Below are positions 41,496 through 54,815 of a stretch of 64,000 nucleotides of DNA, in pieces. The notes beneath the pieces were generated by a model. It was given only the letters and a program-made list of their open reading frames with translations. It did no database searches and was not told where the DNA came from. Source of the DNA: the human T2T-CHM13v2.0 reference genome, Homo sapiens; NCBI RefSeq assembly GCF_009914755.1, contig NC_060933.1. One strand, written 5' to 3'. How positions within the stretch are numbered: position 1 is the first letter of the stretch; each line of letters opens with the position of its first letter. The translations under genes were made by a program, and so were the position numbers.

Positions 41496-43186
41496 ATAAT
41501 TTCTTAGGAGTATTTGCAATTTTTGAGAGTGCTTTGAAACTCCCCATTTCACAGGACCACTATATTTCAAAACAATATCCCTAATGTAGAATTTGTAATG
41601 CCTGGGGAGATTTTTAAATGCATGTCAAATAGTTGTAAATGAAAGAGGACAACACATAATTAATGTGGATGATGCCACGTGCATTAGGGGATTCTTTATC
41701 CCCAAGGGCAGAGTCTGTAGACCATCTTTAACCTTTCTGGCTTTAAAAATTCTGTAGAATACTAAATGCTTCCAAAGTTAGAACAGCATATTTGCCTACA
41801 ATAGGAAAGATGACCACTTTCTGATCCATGTAAATATCTCTTATTGATTAAAAAAAATTCAGTCTGACAAAGTGTAAAGTAGATATTTAAAATGTGCATA
41901 GTGCATGAAATTACCTCACATTACTAGTAAATGCATGCCTTGTAGCAATTATGTCATTTATGCTTACACTAATTAAGTGTTGATGTGTGAGCAGTAAGTT
42001 GCAATGATGTCGTTAACTAATGTACATAAATATTCCCTTTAAACTGTAATTGCACTTTGCCACAGCGTAAAAGAAGGCAAGCTCAATTTAGGAGTTATGT
42101 AGGACTGTTCTTTGAGAAAATGTTAACGAACTCTGGAAAGGGAGAGTTTGATTCTGGAGTGCTGTGTTTCCATTACAAGAAGGGAAAGGGGGAGAGGGAA
42201 GGGTCTGAGGAGTCTAATTTACAAATCCGTTCAGAACATTTACATAGTCTTTTCTTCTAGATGCTGGTGATGTCCAGGCACACAGTGTCAATTGCACAGA
42301 TTGAGTTTTCTGAGCTGAAGGAGCCAACGAGACTTAATGTCCACACTATCCCCAGCAGAGAGACACTGCACTACATTTCTGTCACAAGGATTAGCTGATC
42401 TCTGGGAAATTTGTGGTGGTGTACCCATTTGCTGAAGTCAAGATTTATGATGCTCAACGTTAATGTGATTTTAGCTCTAAAACTCCAAACCCTGTTTGTT
42501 CCCCAGAAACAAAGGCCAAGGTAGTAAGAGAGGGGATGTATCATCCTGAATTGCTTCTGCAACCAAAGCTAATCAGAATGGTGAGGCTTCTGTGGTTTGG
42601 AGTCAGAGAGCTTGAATTTGCTAACTGGGTATCTCAGTCCTCCCAGACACATACTCTTCTCATTTTGTGGTGGATAATGACCCCCCTCTGAAAATAGTAA
42701 GGTTCTTTTCTAAAAATATTCCTCCCTCTGCCAAGAACAAAAGAAAGACTAGTGCCCCTTATAGAGCATAAAACGAAGTTTGTTGACTCATGCTAAGAAG
42801 GAAATGAGCAAAGGGGGAAAAAAAGACCTGGTTATAATTATTAGTGACAGCATCTGGAGGAGCTGGAGTCAGCAGACAAACCTCAATTACTGGGGCTGGA
42901 TCATAAAGTATATGGTGAGGGGTGCAGCTATTTTAACTGTGGCGTCTAATGTTAGAGTTTATTTTATCAGTTGAGATTCTGATATTAGGTGAAATGAGAG
43001 GCCATTTTCATGCTATTTGTACTGGAAGTTTCTTAATTCCAAGAATGTTAATTGATACATAATCTATGCTTAATATAATGTTATCAGTGTCCAAAAATAT
43101 TACTTTTGAGTGAAATCCCTCTGTCAGCGTGTATTTTTGGTGCCTGAATAAACTTCACATTCTTGGATGGGTTATATTACACTTGA

Positions 43187-43528
43187 ATCAGTCAAAAACA
43201 GGCTGTGTCTTACTGCAGTAGCAAATAATCTCATATTTTCCATGGCTTAAAACAACAAAGGTTTATTTTTTGCTCATGTTTCATGTTCCCACAGATCATT
43301 AGAAGGCTCTGGTCATCATAATCTTTGAGAGATCCAGTCTGATAAAATAGCCAGTCATCACTCAGAGGAATAAGAAGGCTCTGGGGAATCTTGTGGGGAT
43401 AATTAAATGCTTTAGAAGTGACTTCTCTTACATCTTTTCACCCCACCCGACCATAAAGAAGCAAGTGGAGTCCCACTATATACTGGGAAGGGAGACAATG
43501 AGAAATTTTTGGCAAACAGCTACTACAA
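43187..43528 (-). mobile_element. MaLR LTR MLT1I/J-like
   Basis: ctgcagtagcaaataa...tggcttaaaacaacaaaggtttatttt...gctcatg...ggcaaacagctactaca. Confidence 0.65.
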
Positions 43529-43969
43529 TATTTATTTCTCTTATGTTAGGGTTTTTTTTTTTTTTCCACAGAATGTTTACTGAGTGGCTTATGTGTGCGG
43601 GACACTGTATTAGTGCTTTCTTATGCTATCTTAATTGCCAGCAAAGAGGAAGAACAGGAAGATTCCTAGAATCAAACCACTTTACTATTAATTAGTCAAA
43701 ACAGACCCCAGCCTCAATTCTCCATCTGCCAAGCCCACTTTAAGTGAAATGTCAGAGCCAAAGCACATAGTGGGAATTTCCTAGTCACTTTTTTGTAGTA
43801 TTTGTAACTCTGCATTGAATTTTTAGGAAGAATTTAAAAGATGATACATTAGATAAATAGCTTGAATGAAATTACAAAGAGGAGTGTATTAAAAAATGCC
43901 AGCAGTAAAATCTCTTCGGGAATTAAAATAACAGATGGACATATAAAAAATCCTTTAGGAAAATATTAA

Positions 43970-44312
<343 letters not shown>

Positions 44313-44461
44313 TGGAAATCTATATTAAAGTTATTTTTGAAGTTCTGCATTGAATGTTAAATCTCATGCAGCTCAGACACTTTGGGGATGTCTCTCCCTA
44401 CTGCTGTTGGGCAACAGGGCAAAAAAATGGTTAATTTTTGGATTAAACATATTTTATACTC

Positions 44462-44815
44462 TGCTATGCTTTGAATGTTTGTCCTCTCCAAAACTCATGT
44501 TGAAATTTGTCAGGTAAGTTTACAAGGCAAAACCTTTGAGAAGTGTTTGAGTTAAGGAGGCTCTGACCTCATGAATGGTTTAATGTCATTATCGTGGGAG
44601 TGAGTTTGCCCCCTCACTCTCTTTAGCCCCGCTTTGCCCTTCTACCATTTGATGCCTTCACCATGTTATGATGCAGCAAGAAAGCCCTCAGCAGATGCTA
44701 GCACCTTGATATTGAACTTCCCAGCCTCCAGAACTGTGAACCAATTCATTTCTGTTCATTATAAATTACTTGGTATGTGGTGTTTTGTTGTAGCAAAACT
44801 GACTATACTAAGACA
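44462..44815 (+). mobile_element. MaLR solo LTR MSTC/D-like
   Basis: tgctatgctttgaatgtttgtcctctccaaaactcatgttgaaatt...cccagcctccagaactgtga...actaagaca. Confidence 0.85.
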
Positions 44816-46299
44816 GATAAGTATAGTTCCTCTAGAGCTTTTTTCAAGTAATTATTACAACTTTAAACAATGGCCTTGAGCTTTGTTGACTAGAAAAGAA
44901 AGGAAGCAGGTAAGATAAAATAGAAAACAAAATACTTGGAGAGAGGTTGGAGGGGCAGGATGGAAAATGTGGGAATGGCTTGGTAACATTAGGTGGAAAA
45001 TGTTTTATTTCACCTACCTGAAATATACCCCATTCATTATAGCTCGGGTATGTTTTCAAGCTCTCTAACAAGTAAGACTGTAATTTGTTAAAGGGATTCA
45101 CAGATCGTAAGACTTGGGACTCAAATATGAAAGACAAAATTGAATTTATTTATTATGTTCCAAGACTGAGCTACAAATGAACGTACAGCCTTTTGAAGAA
45201 AGCAAAAGCCAGGGTTTATGTAGAGTTCGAGATGAGTATAGGATTTGTGAGGTTAAATTTAAATGAGGCAGCATTTTGGTTGACTAGAAGGAATCTAGGC
45301 TGGTGATTGATTAAATGGAGAGGGGGTAGACCTACTGGGTGGTTTGCTGCTGGGTGATTCAGCACATGGGTCATGTACTTCAGGCATGAATGGAAAGCTT
45401 GTTCTTACCATTTCTTGAAAGTGTTTATATATCTTGCCTTTTTCAAAGATGTTCTTTCTTTCTCTTTTCCCCGGTCTATAGTATTCACTGGGGACTCGCA
45501 TTATGTAGGTCTAGCACCAATTCTTTCCATATTTTAACTTATATCATAACAGAGATTCAGCATTCAAAGTGTTTGAGTCCTTACTATTTGACAGGGACTT
45601 CATTTTTAAGTGGCTAATTGGGAATTCTTGGAGGGTCAGAATAGAACATAAGTAAGTGTAAAAAAAAGGATAACAAGAACTATGATAGAAGTATGTGTTC
45701 CAGAATGGGGACATGAAGGAGAAAATGCCCAGTTGTACTTGTGGCTTCATAACCTTATCCTTAAGCTAAGTCTTAAAAGGTGGGCCAAGATCTGTAAGGC
45801 CGTGAGCCAGGTAAAGAGATTGTAGGCAGAGGAAGAGCACAGAACTGTTTAACACTTATTTCTTTTCAGGGTACCATGAGCAATTTGGTGTGCACTGTGG
45901 AGTGAGGAGTTTTTCTCCTTTCCCTACCTCTCACTTTCTCCCCGGATTTCCTAGGGCTTGCTGTGTGCTAAAGTCAAGTTGACAGAGGGGGCTCTTGGGA
46001 ACACAATTCGAGTTGGCAAAAGACTAAACGTTTTTAACATAATAACTGCTGAAGATAGGGAGAAAGAGGGGTCTGTATGGAAGATTCTTAGCCTCTCATC
46101 TCCTTTTTCTATACGTTAGGAAGCACCTGCCCACTTTTAGCCCTCAACTAGCTCCAAAGAAGAAATCAAATGCTGATGGCCTCTCCTGAGGTGATAATAT
46201 AGGTGAAATGTGGATATGGAAGAAAAAAATTTACAAGGATTAGGGGGCTTTGTTAGGAAAAAAAGAGGATGTAAGATAAGAATGGTTGAGGTGGTAGGT

Positions 46300-46790
46300 C
46301 TGTGCTTAAACAATAGAGGGAATTTATTGGCTCACATAATAAACCACCCACTTGTCCATAATGTCTTCAGGAATGCAGCTCCATGTTTCTGTGCCTCTTT
46401 ATTTTGCCTCACCCTCTGCCCACATATGTATTGAGTTTATTCTTAGGCTGACTTTATAGTAGTGGCAAAGTATCTGCCAACAGCTCCAGTCTACAAACTC
46501 CATTTTCATAGCCAAGGGAAGAGACAGAATGTCTTCCCGCATTTATTAAAGTCTAGAGCTTTATTATTATGATTGGGGCATCTTAGATGATGTACTTGCA
46601 TCTGAAGCAATCCTTGGGGCCAGAGGAAAGCCGTGGGCTGCTTGGATTAGAAATAGGTTATATACCCTTACCTGAACCATTCACCATGGCAAGAAAGAAG
46701 CCATAATCTCACTTGGATTAGATCAATCAGAGCATTCTGGAGAGAATCCAGTTTCAGCTGCTCAGTTGTTTGCCAATAGAAGAAAGGAAA
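46300..46790 (-). mobile_element. MaLR LTR MLT1K/L-like
   Basis: gcttaaacaatagagggaatttattggctcacataa...ctgaaccattcaccatggc...agatcaatcag. Confidence 0.6.
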
Positions 46791-47418
46791 AATGGAAGAA
46801 TTGGAGACCTACTCTTTGGTAGGCAACCATGACATCTATTTCATGTGACACTGTATGATGCCTCCAAATTCTCAACAGAAGACCTCAGGCCAGTTGAAGA
46901 GCCTGGATTACCTCAGGCCAGTTGAGGAGCCTGGATTTCTTCTTAAGCTCTGGAATCTAAAATGTTAAACTTAAACAATTGCTTGCACTTGGCTTTAGAC
47001 TACTTCTGCTAGCTTCATGTGCCAATAGCATAGACTGTATCACCTCACCCTTTACCCTAGGGCTGGAATCACAGCTAAGTCATAGGCAATGAGAAGGGAC
47101 ATATTAAGAAATTTAAAGCTTATTTTCAAGAATGTGAGAATTGTCTTAGGATTTTGAAGTCAAAAGATCTATAATGAGGATTACAGTTTGGAAAGATCAT
47201 ATTGACTGCTTGAATAGAGAATGAGTAGAACAAAAAGAAATCACGGAGTGGTTTGAACTGTTTACAGCAAGAGCCTGAAATAAGGTATTTCTAATGGTGA
47301 TGGTTCCACGTAAGAAAATTTAAGGAACTATCAAAAGACTTAATAAATGAATGAATTGTGGCAATGGTGAGAGAGTTTGGTGAAGGAGAATGGAGTCTAA
47401 GGAATGTGGAGGTAATAG

Positions 47419-47704
<286 letters not shown>

Positions 47705-48667
47705 GTAGTGGGACTCTTCTGAGGGTAGCAATGATAAAATACTCATTTCCTGACTCAATACTAGAGAAGTAGTAATGGTTGGTTTTAAAATTTTTGTTGT
47801 GTTGTGGTGAAAGCACCTAGTGAGAGGTCATAGAGTTTAGAATGGTCTGAAACTTCATTCTTTTCATCTGCTGAATTCCTAGCCACCAACAAATAATAGA
47901 ATAATAATGTCTTTTGTTCTTTCTTCCTTAGATGAGGGAGACTTCCAATAATACCATTTCCTTTCATTAGTACTTTAATACTATTGTTCATGTGAACAAA
48001 GTTTCGGTTATTGGTTCTAGTTATTGGTAGGGTTTAATATTTGACAAATAGAGGGATGCTGTTAAAAATACAGGTCTCATTTTATTGAAAAATGCCAATA
48101 TTTCTAACTAAATCATTCTGAGTCTTAAGAAGGCACTCTGGCTAGATTAGAAACTTTAAAGGTTAATGATCATAGAAAGACTGACTATATTTCTTTATGC
48201 CTTAATAGTTTTGAATAAAGCATGGTAGATGAAATGGAAACATAAAAAATTGGACCAGGTCAGGCAGACTTGGATTTAAACGTCTTTTGGCTCAGGAAAA
48301 AAATATGAATTTCATTCATATTGCTAACACGGGACAAGATAAGCTGAGAATTAAAAAAAAATTATTTATACCTAATTGTCAGGCTGTAATGTTGATTTAT
48401 CCACTCTTAGCCCTGATATGTGATATGGCCATCACAATCATTTGCTGTTTTTTATATGGGCAGTATTGTCTAGTTGAACAAAAGTTTCTTCTTGTTTTAT
48501 AGCATAAGACAGAAATACTTTGTTGAGAAGAATCATTTGGAAAGTTTGGCATATATAGTAGACAGCCAGCTTCTGTTTAGCTTGATACTATATAGTGTGG
48601 AAGGTAAATCTAGGTACACGAGCTGGATTGCCTAGAATTTTTTTTTCTTTTCCTGTACAGTAAACAG

Positions 48668-48972
48668 TGTCTTAGTCTATTTGGCTGCTATACCAAAATA
48701 GCATAAACTGGGTGGCTTATAAACAACAGTTTATTTCTCACAGTTCTAGACGCTGGGAACTCTAAGAGCAAGGTGTTGGCAGATGTGGTGCCTGGCAAGG
48801 CCATATTCTTGTAACCTCACGTGGTGGAAGGGGATATGTGAACTCCCTTTGGCCTGTTTTGTAAGGACACCAGTCCCCAACTCTCAATGTCCCCACAACT
48901 TAATAAAATTACAGTGGGAATTAGATTCCAATAGAAAAGTGTGGGGAAAACACAAACATTCAGACCACAGCA
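48668..48972 (-). mobile_element. MaLR solo LTR MLT1A-like
   Basis: tgtcttagtctatttggctgcta...ctgggtggcttataaacaac...acacaaacattcagaccacagca. Confidence 0.82.
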
Positions 48973-49659
48973 TCTGGGCAATGAGAAAAAGAACTTATAA
49001 AATGGCCGTTCTGTTTACATGTGTATATTTTAAATGGGCTTCTGTCTCCAGCACTTTGTTTCCTCCCTCAGGTTGCTTGGGCCTGAGAAGCCTCAACAAA
49101 TCTGTTGAGTCCTAGCGGCTATACCTCTAGATCTCAGTTTTTAAAATTAGTAATGAATAATGATATATTTCCTACTTACCTTGCAGATTTCTTATGAAGA
49201 TTGAATATTAGTGCATGATAGGTACAATATATCTACAGTTTCAGATTTTGAGTCATTGTCTTTCCTCTTGCTATTACACTAAAGCCCAAACTACTTGCCA
49301 TGGAAAATAAGGCCTGGCTCTTGCTTTTCCCTCTCCAGTGCGTCTCCTTCTGCTCATTCCACCACCTACACCTTCTATGCTGCACACCAGACATAACATC
49401 ATTTTGATCTGCTTGTGGTTCTCCAAAGACACATTGCTCTCTCTCACCCACAGGTGTTTTCTCATGCTGCCCCCTCTGCCTAAAGTGCTTGTTATCTACT
49501 CATGTTTTAGTCACTCTCCAGGTTTCTAGACCCTTCTCCTCATTCCCCTCGAGCTAAGACTCATGGAAGATAGTGGAGGCAAGGCTGTGAGTGCTGAGGA
49601 GGAGGATGGGGAGGGTTTCTTCTCCCTTGCTGATGGGGATAGGAGACATAAGTGAGTCA

Positions 49660-49808
49660 GTACCAACTCTAATTTTACAGATGGGGCAACAGAGTCACAA
49701 AGGGTTCAAGTAATTTTTCCAAGGGAATAAAACAAGTAATTTGTAGAGCTGCGATTTGAACCCAGACAGTTTGCCTGAAGAACGAGGGCATTTATTCTAT
49801 GCTATACA
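49660..49808 (-). mobile_element. MIR
   Basis: attttacagatggggcaacagag...aagtaatttttccaagg...gagctgcgatttgaacccagacagt. Confidence 0.8.
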
Positions 49809-50120
49809 GAATGTGGTGAATGATTTGCTTATCTCTTCTCTCTCCTGTTGTGCCATTTTCTTCTCCCTAATCCACGCTGTAGTGTTTAATAAAACCTTAC
49901 CGAAGAATTAAGTAATGGGAAAACTCACATGCAGAAAACAAAGCTTAGATTAAGAACAAAAAGATGTTCATTCTCTGGTGATATCCTTCCACCCCCACTT
50001 GAACCCCTATGATTCCCCCTCCTACCAGTAGGAACAGCATCATCCCAGGTCCCAGTGTGCTACCTTTCTTTGGGGTTCCTTATTCCTCTTCTCCCTATCT
50101 CATAACCAGTTCTAAGTCAA

Positions 50121-50730
50121 TGTATTTGTTCTGGTTATCTATGGCTGAGTAACAAACTACCCCAAACTTCAGTGGTTTAAAATAACATTTTTTCTCCTTT
50201 TTTTTTTTTTTAACATATCATGATTTTGAAGGTTAGCATTTTGCATGATGCTAAGCTTCTCTACATTGCACTGACTGGGATCATGTGGTGTTTTATCTGG
50301 CTGGAGGCAGGGCTGGTCTGGCGGGACCAAAAGTGCCCATTGCCTCCAAGGGCATTGCTGAAAGGCTGGATTCAAGTGGTTCCCCTCCTTCCTCCATGTA
50401 GTCTCATAAAAATCTTGAGACCTCTCCATGGTCTCTTAAACAGGGTAGTCAGACTTCTTAGTGATCGTCTTAGGGCTCACTACTCTTAAATATATTCTTT
50501 ATAGCACATATTTGCTTTTTCAGCTTTTAAAAATTTAGTGTTCCAGGAGAGAGGAAGTGGAAGCTGCCAGTCTGTGAAGACCTGGAAACAGGCACATGAC
50601 ACTTCTGTCATATTCTGTTGCATGTCATAGTGGACATAGGACCTGCCCAAATTCAAAGAGAAGGTTTAAAGTTCCTCCACTCCTGCTGAGGGCAGTGTTG
50701 AATAGTTAGTGGACATCTTTGATTGATCAT
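50121..50730 (-). mobile_element. MaLR LTR MLT1G/H-like
   Basis: gttatctatggctgagtaacaaactaccccaaact...gggtagtcagacttctta...ggaagtggaagctgccagt...gcccaaattcaaag. Confidence 0.75.
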
Positions 50731-50784
50731 AGTAATAACTTTCTGCAGAAAAGCCAGTCTGCTGACAATGAAGGTGGTGGGGGC

Positions 50785-51030
50785 AGTATGGAGTAGCAGT
50801 CAAACATCTAGGCTCTGGCAACTTCACAAGTTAGTATCCTGACTCCACTATTTACTTGCTATGTGCCCTGCGGAAAGTCAACTGTCTGTGCCTCAGTTTT
50901 CTCATTTTAAAAAACAGAACTAATACTCTACTTCATACCTGCATAGAGGGTCCCTACCTTATAGAGTCGTGGCAAGTAATACATATAAGGAACTTAGGAC
51001 AATGTCCAGCACATGACGTGAGCTGTTATT
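50785..51030 (+). mobile_element. MIR
   Basis: gcagtatggagtag...atcctgactccactatttact...ctgtgcctcagttttctcatt. Confidence 0.8.
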
Positions 51031-51299
51031 AAACAGAGACAAAGGAGTTTCACTACTCATTGTCTCAATGAAGAGGATGATAGCTGTCCTTTGCTTTACT
51101 AAATGGCCCAGTAACATAATATAAGCCACCCTCTCTTCCCCTGCAAAAATCTACTCCTTCCCCTAATCCCCTCTGCACCCACCCCTGCATATGCCTTCCA
51201 AAAGGGGAGCCTGCCTTCTCCAAAAATGATTAAGAAAATTGCTGGCAGCTTTAAAGTAGCAGATTGCCTCTACCTTGAGCAATGCAGGTTTCCATGCTC

Positions 51300-51500
51300 T
51301 TAGGACAGAACTTGGTTGTAGCACGATGTCACACTTATCATGGCACTTTAAAAATTGTGTTGAAATTAACTATAATCATCTGTCTCCCCCATTAGACTGT
51401 GAGTTACTCAAGAGCAAAAATTTAAAACTTCACCTTTTTTTCCCCCAATGGTAAGCAAGGTAACTAACCGTAGGTGTTCAATATATTTGTAGAATGAGTG
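51300..51500 (+). mobile_element. L2 3' end
   Basis: tctgtctcccccattagactgtgagtt...taggtgttcaatatatttgtagaatgagtg. Confidence 0.75.
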
Positions 51501-53758
51501 GCTTAAAATATAAAATTAACTTTAAAAAAAAATTATTCAGGCAAAGCTGGTGTGGATTAGAATGATTTTTTAAAGTTGTATGGGTGAATAAAATGTTCAA
51601 GTTCTACAAGATATTTTTAACAGATAAAAAGGAAATATGTGTCATAAAGAATATATTCAAGAGTAGTAATTAAGTAACATTTTCATTTTGTTTATTCCTC
51701 CTTTAGGAGATTCTAAATCTAATTCAGATCCTAGGTTCAGATTTTCTTTTTGTTGATAGCTAATAAGTCGTGGTCCCCACTGTACTTAGCACCACCTGAA
51801 ATTACGGTTTCACTCACATTTTTGTTCTATTTTTTTTTCCTAATGAATCTATCATTTCTCATCACTTTCTGAAGTTTTCGGCTTTTTACCTTTCCATCAT
51901 ATGGACATTGGGTTCCAGGAAACATTTTGTTTTCCCTCTTGGCTTTATAACTCTACCTTTTGGTTTTTCAGACAACTCCAGATTTGCACTTTTATCACTC
52001 CTTTTACAGGATGTTGACATTGATTTTGTTTTTCAGTGGCTCTCTATTGCTTCTCCTTCGTTCCTCCAGGATTATGTTTTACATTTAGGTCATTGTTCAG
52101 TGCCCCCCGATTCCAAATAAAATCCTATTTCTGGAGTTAGTTGGGTCCTAGTGGACCTAAATAGAGCAGAGGATGACTATGACAATAAATGAATCATGGC
52201 CAAAGCCTTCCTAATGAAGGCCCCTAAACCTACTGAGAAAAAATATTTACAAAGCCATTCATTCTATTTGCTGAATACACAAATCAAAACATTAAAAAGT
52301 TAGATATGGACATTAATACTCCACTATGTTTTTGCTCAGTAAATCCCCCACTGGAGTCACCGCTGTAACCCTGAATAAGTGTAAATGTTGTGAATTCATT
52401 ATTACATCCTGGACCTTACTTGGTTTATGGCAAATATTTATTTTACTTTGAAGTGGCTGCATGTTTAAAGCCTATAACTATGATTACTAATTTTATTTTT
52501 TTGGTTTAATAAAAACTGAAATGTGAAGATGGCTAACTAGAGGTGCCCAACACTCATTTCCTCCACAAAAAAGGACCAAAGTAACCATTAGGTAACCTCA
52601 CATGGAATAGAGTGTCCAAGGGAGAATACGGGAATTCAACAAGAAAGGGACGAAGATCCTCTGAGGCACAGAAACTTGAGATGGCTGCACAGAGAAGGAA
52701 GAAAAGCAGCTGGACAAAATTAGCTCAGAGTCAAGAGGGACTCCCAATTGTGGGGAAAAGGCAGGTGGAAGATCCCCAGAAGTCTACATTCTCACCACAG
52801 ATACCTGCAGTCTTAGTTGCAGTGGAGCCCCTCAGCCCTCACAGGCCCTGAGTCTAGTATAGAGAGCTGCTTAAAGTCTATGTGACTGCATTGTTCCAGA
52901 GAGGAAATTCATATTGGGTCACCCCCACCACTGGGATCCAAGCTGCTGCAGCATGGTACCATATTGAGAATAGAGACAACAGAGACTGCATCCTGCCCTG
53001 GGGCCCCCTAGCCCCTATATTTCCACATGGGGTCCCACTAAGATCACCCACATCTACTTAAACAGCCACAGCATTGTGAGACCAGCTGGACCCAGCACTT
53101 GACCCCATGCAGTGCCCTGTATCCTGGGAAACAGATACTCCAGCACATCAGAGAGGCTGCCCCAAGGACACTGGGAGCTGAAGTGTGCATTCACTGGAGC
53201 CTGAGAGTTGCCCACATGGGTCTTCCACCACCAACAGTAACCCTGCCCCTCCAGCAGTGGAGCTGATATGTACCCATGTGTGCCCTGCAGGGGCTCAATA
53301 ACTGGCCCTACTACTGCCACTACTGGCCACTACTGCCACTGCTGGCACCTAGGAATGATACTAAGGGGCCTAAGGTCCATCTGGAGTTTGCTATCCCTAC
53401 TGCTGACTACCTTATCCCCTCCAGTGGCAGGGCTACCACACACCCATGTATATCTGCCAGGTGCCCAAGGACTGGCCTACCCAGTGTTTCTGTTCCCAGC
53501 AAAGCCAAACCACAGCCTCCACAAACAACCGCAGCATTGGCCACTGTGGAACTTGCAGACAACACTGATGTTTATTATAGCTGAAAAAAAATCATACGGA
53601 AACTATATGACTGCACCCACCAAGAGCCAAAGCCAAAGCACCCTTCTCAACTGACACTGTAGGTACATCTGCCAGAAAAGTCTTTAAATCTACTTCATAA
53701 CATTGGAAAGAGTGAGTGTTACACCAGACACAGATATCAACATAGGGACATAAGAAAC

Positions 53759-54660
53759 ATGAAAAAGCAAGAAAATGTGACATCACCAAAGGAGCATAAT
53801 GATATTCCAGTAATTGGTCTCAAAGGAAAGGAATTCTATAAAATGCTGGAAAAGGAATTCGGAACAGTGATCTTAAGGAAACTAGTGAGTTACAGGAGAA
53901 CACAGACAATTCAACAAAATCCAGAAAATAATTCATCACCTAAATGGGAAATCTAACAAAGAGACAGATAAAGAACCAAAGAGAAATTATGGAACTGAAG
54001 ACTTCAATGAATAAAATTAAAAAACCATCAAGAGCTTCAACAATAGACTAGATCAAGCAGAGTAAATAATTTTTGAACTTGAAGATAGGCCTTTTGAAAT
54101 AAACCACTCAGATCTCCCTCCACCCCCCTTCCCTAAAAATTTAAAAATGAAGAAAGCCTATGTGACATACGTGACACCATTAAGTGAACAAATACTCAAA
54201 ATTTGGAAGTTCCAGATGGAGAAGAGATGAGAAAAGACATAGAAAACCTATTTAATGAAACAATAACTGAAAATCCCCCAAGTCTTGAGAGAGATATATA
54301 AACAGGAAGTTCAAAAATCCCCAAATAAATTTAACCCAAAATGGTTCTCTGAGGCACATTATAGTTAAAAGTCAAAGACAAAAACAGAATTCTAAAAACA
54401 GCAAAAGAAAAGCATCAAGTCACATGTAAGGAAGTCTGCATTAGACTCACAGCACATTTCTTGGCACAGAAACCTTATAAGCCAGGAAAGAATAAAGTGA
54501 TATATTCAAAGTGCTGAAAGAGAAAACAGCTTTCAGAAAAGGACACTATATCTAGCAAAGTTATCCATCATAAATGAAGAACAAATAAAGTATTTTGCAG
54601 ACAAACAAAAACTGAGGGAATTCATGACTAGAAATACTAAAGTGAGTCCTATAACTGGAA
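53759..54660 (+). pseudogene. L1 ORF1p remnant (frameshifted, stops)
   Basis: MKKQENVTSPKEHND...KEFYKMLEKEFGTVILRKL is an L1M ORF1 N-terminus; downstream tatctagcaaagttatcc and gacaaacaaaaactgagggaattcat match the C-terminal region. Confidence 0.85.
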
Positions 54661-54815
54661 GTGAAAAGATATCTACCATGGAGAAAACACATGATATATT
54701 AAACTCACTGATAGAGCAGATATACAAATAAGAAAGAGAAATCAAACATTATCACTACAATCACCAAACTGCAAAAATAAAGAGAAAGGATATGCAAAAC
54801 AGAACAATTAACAAA

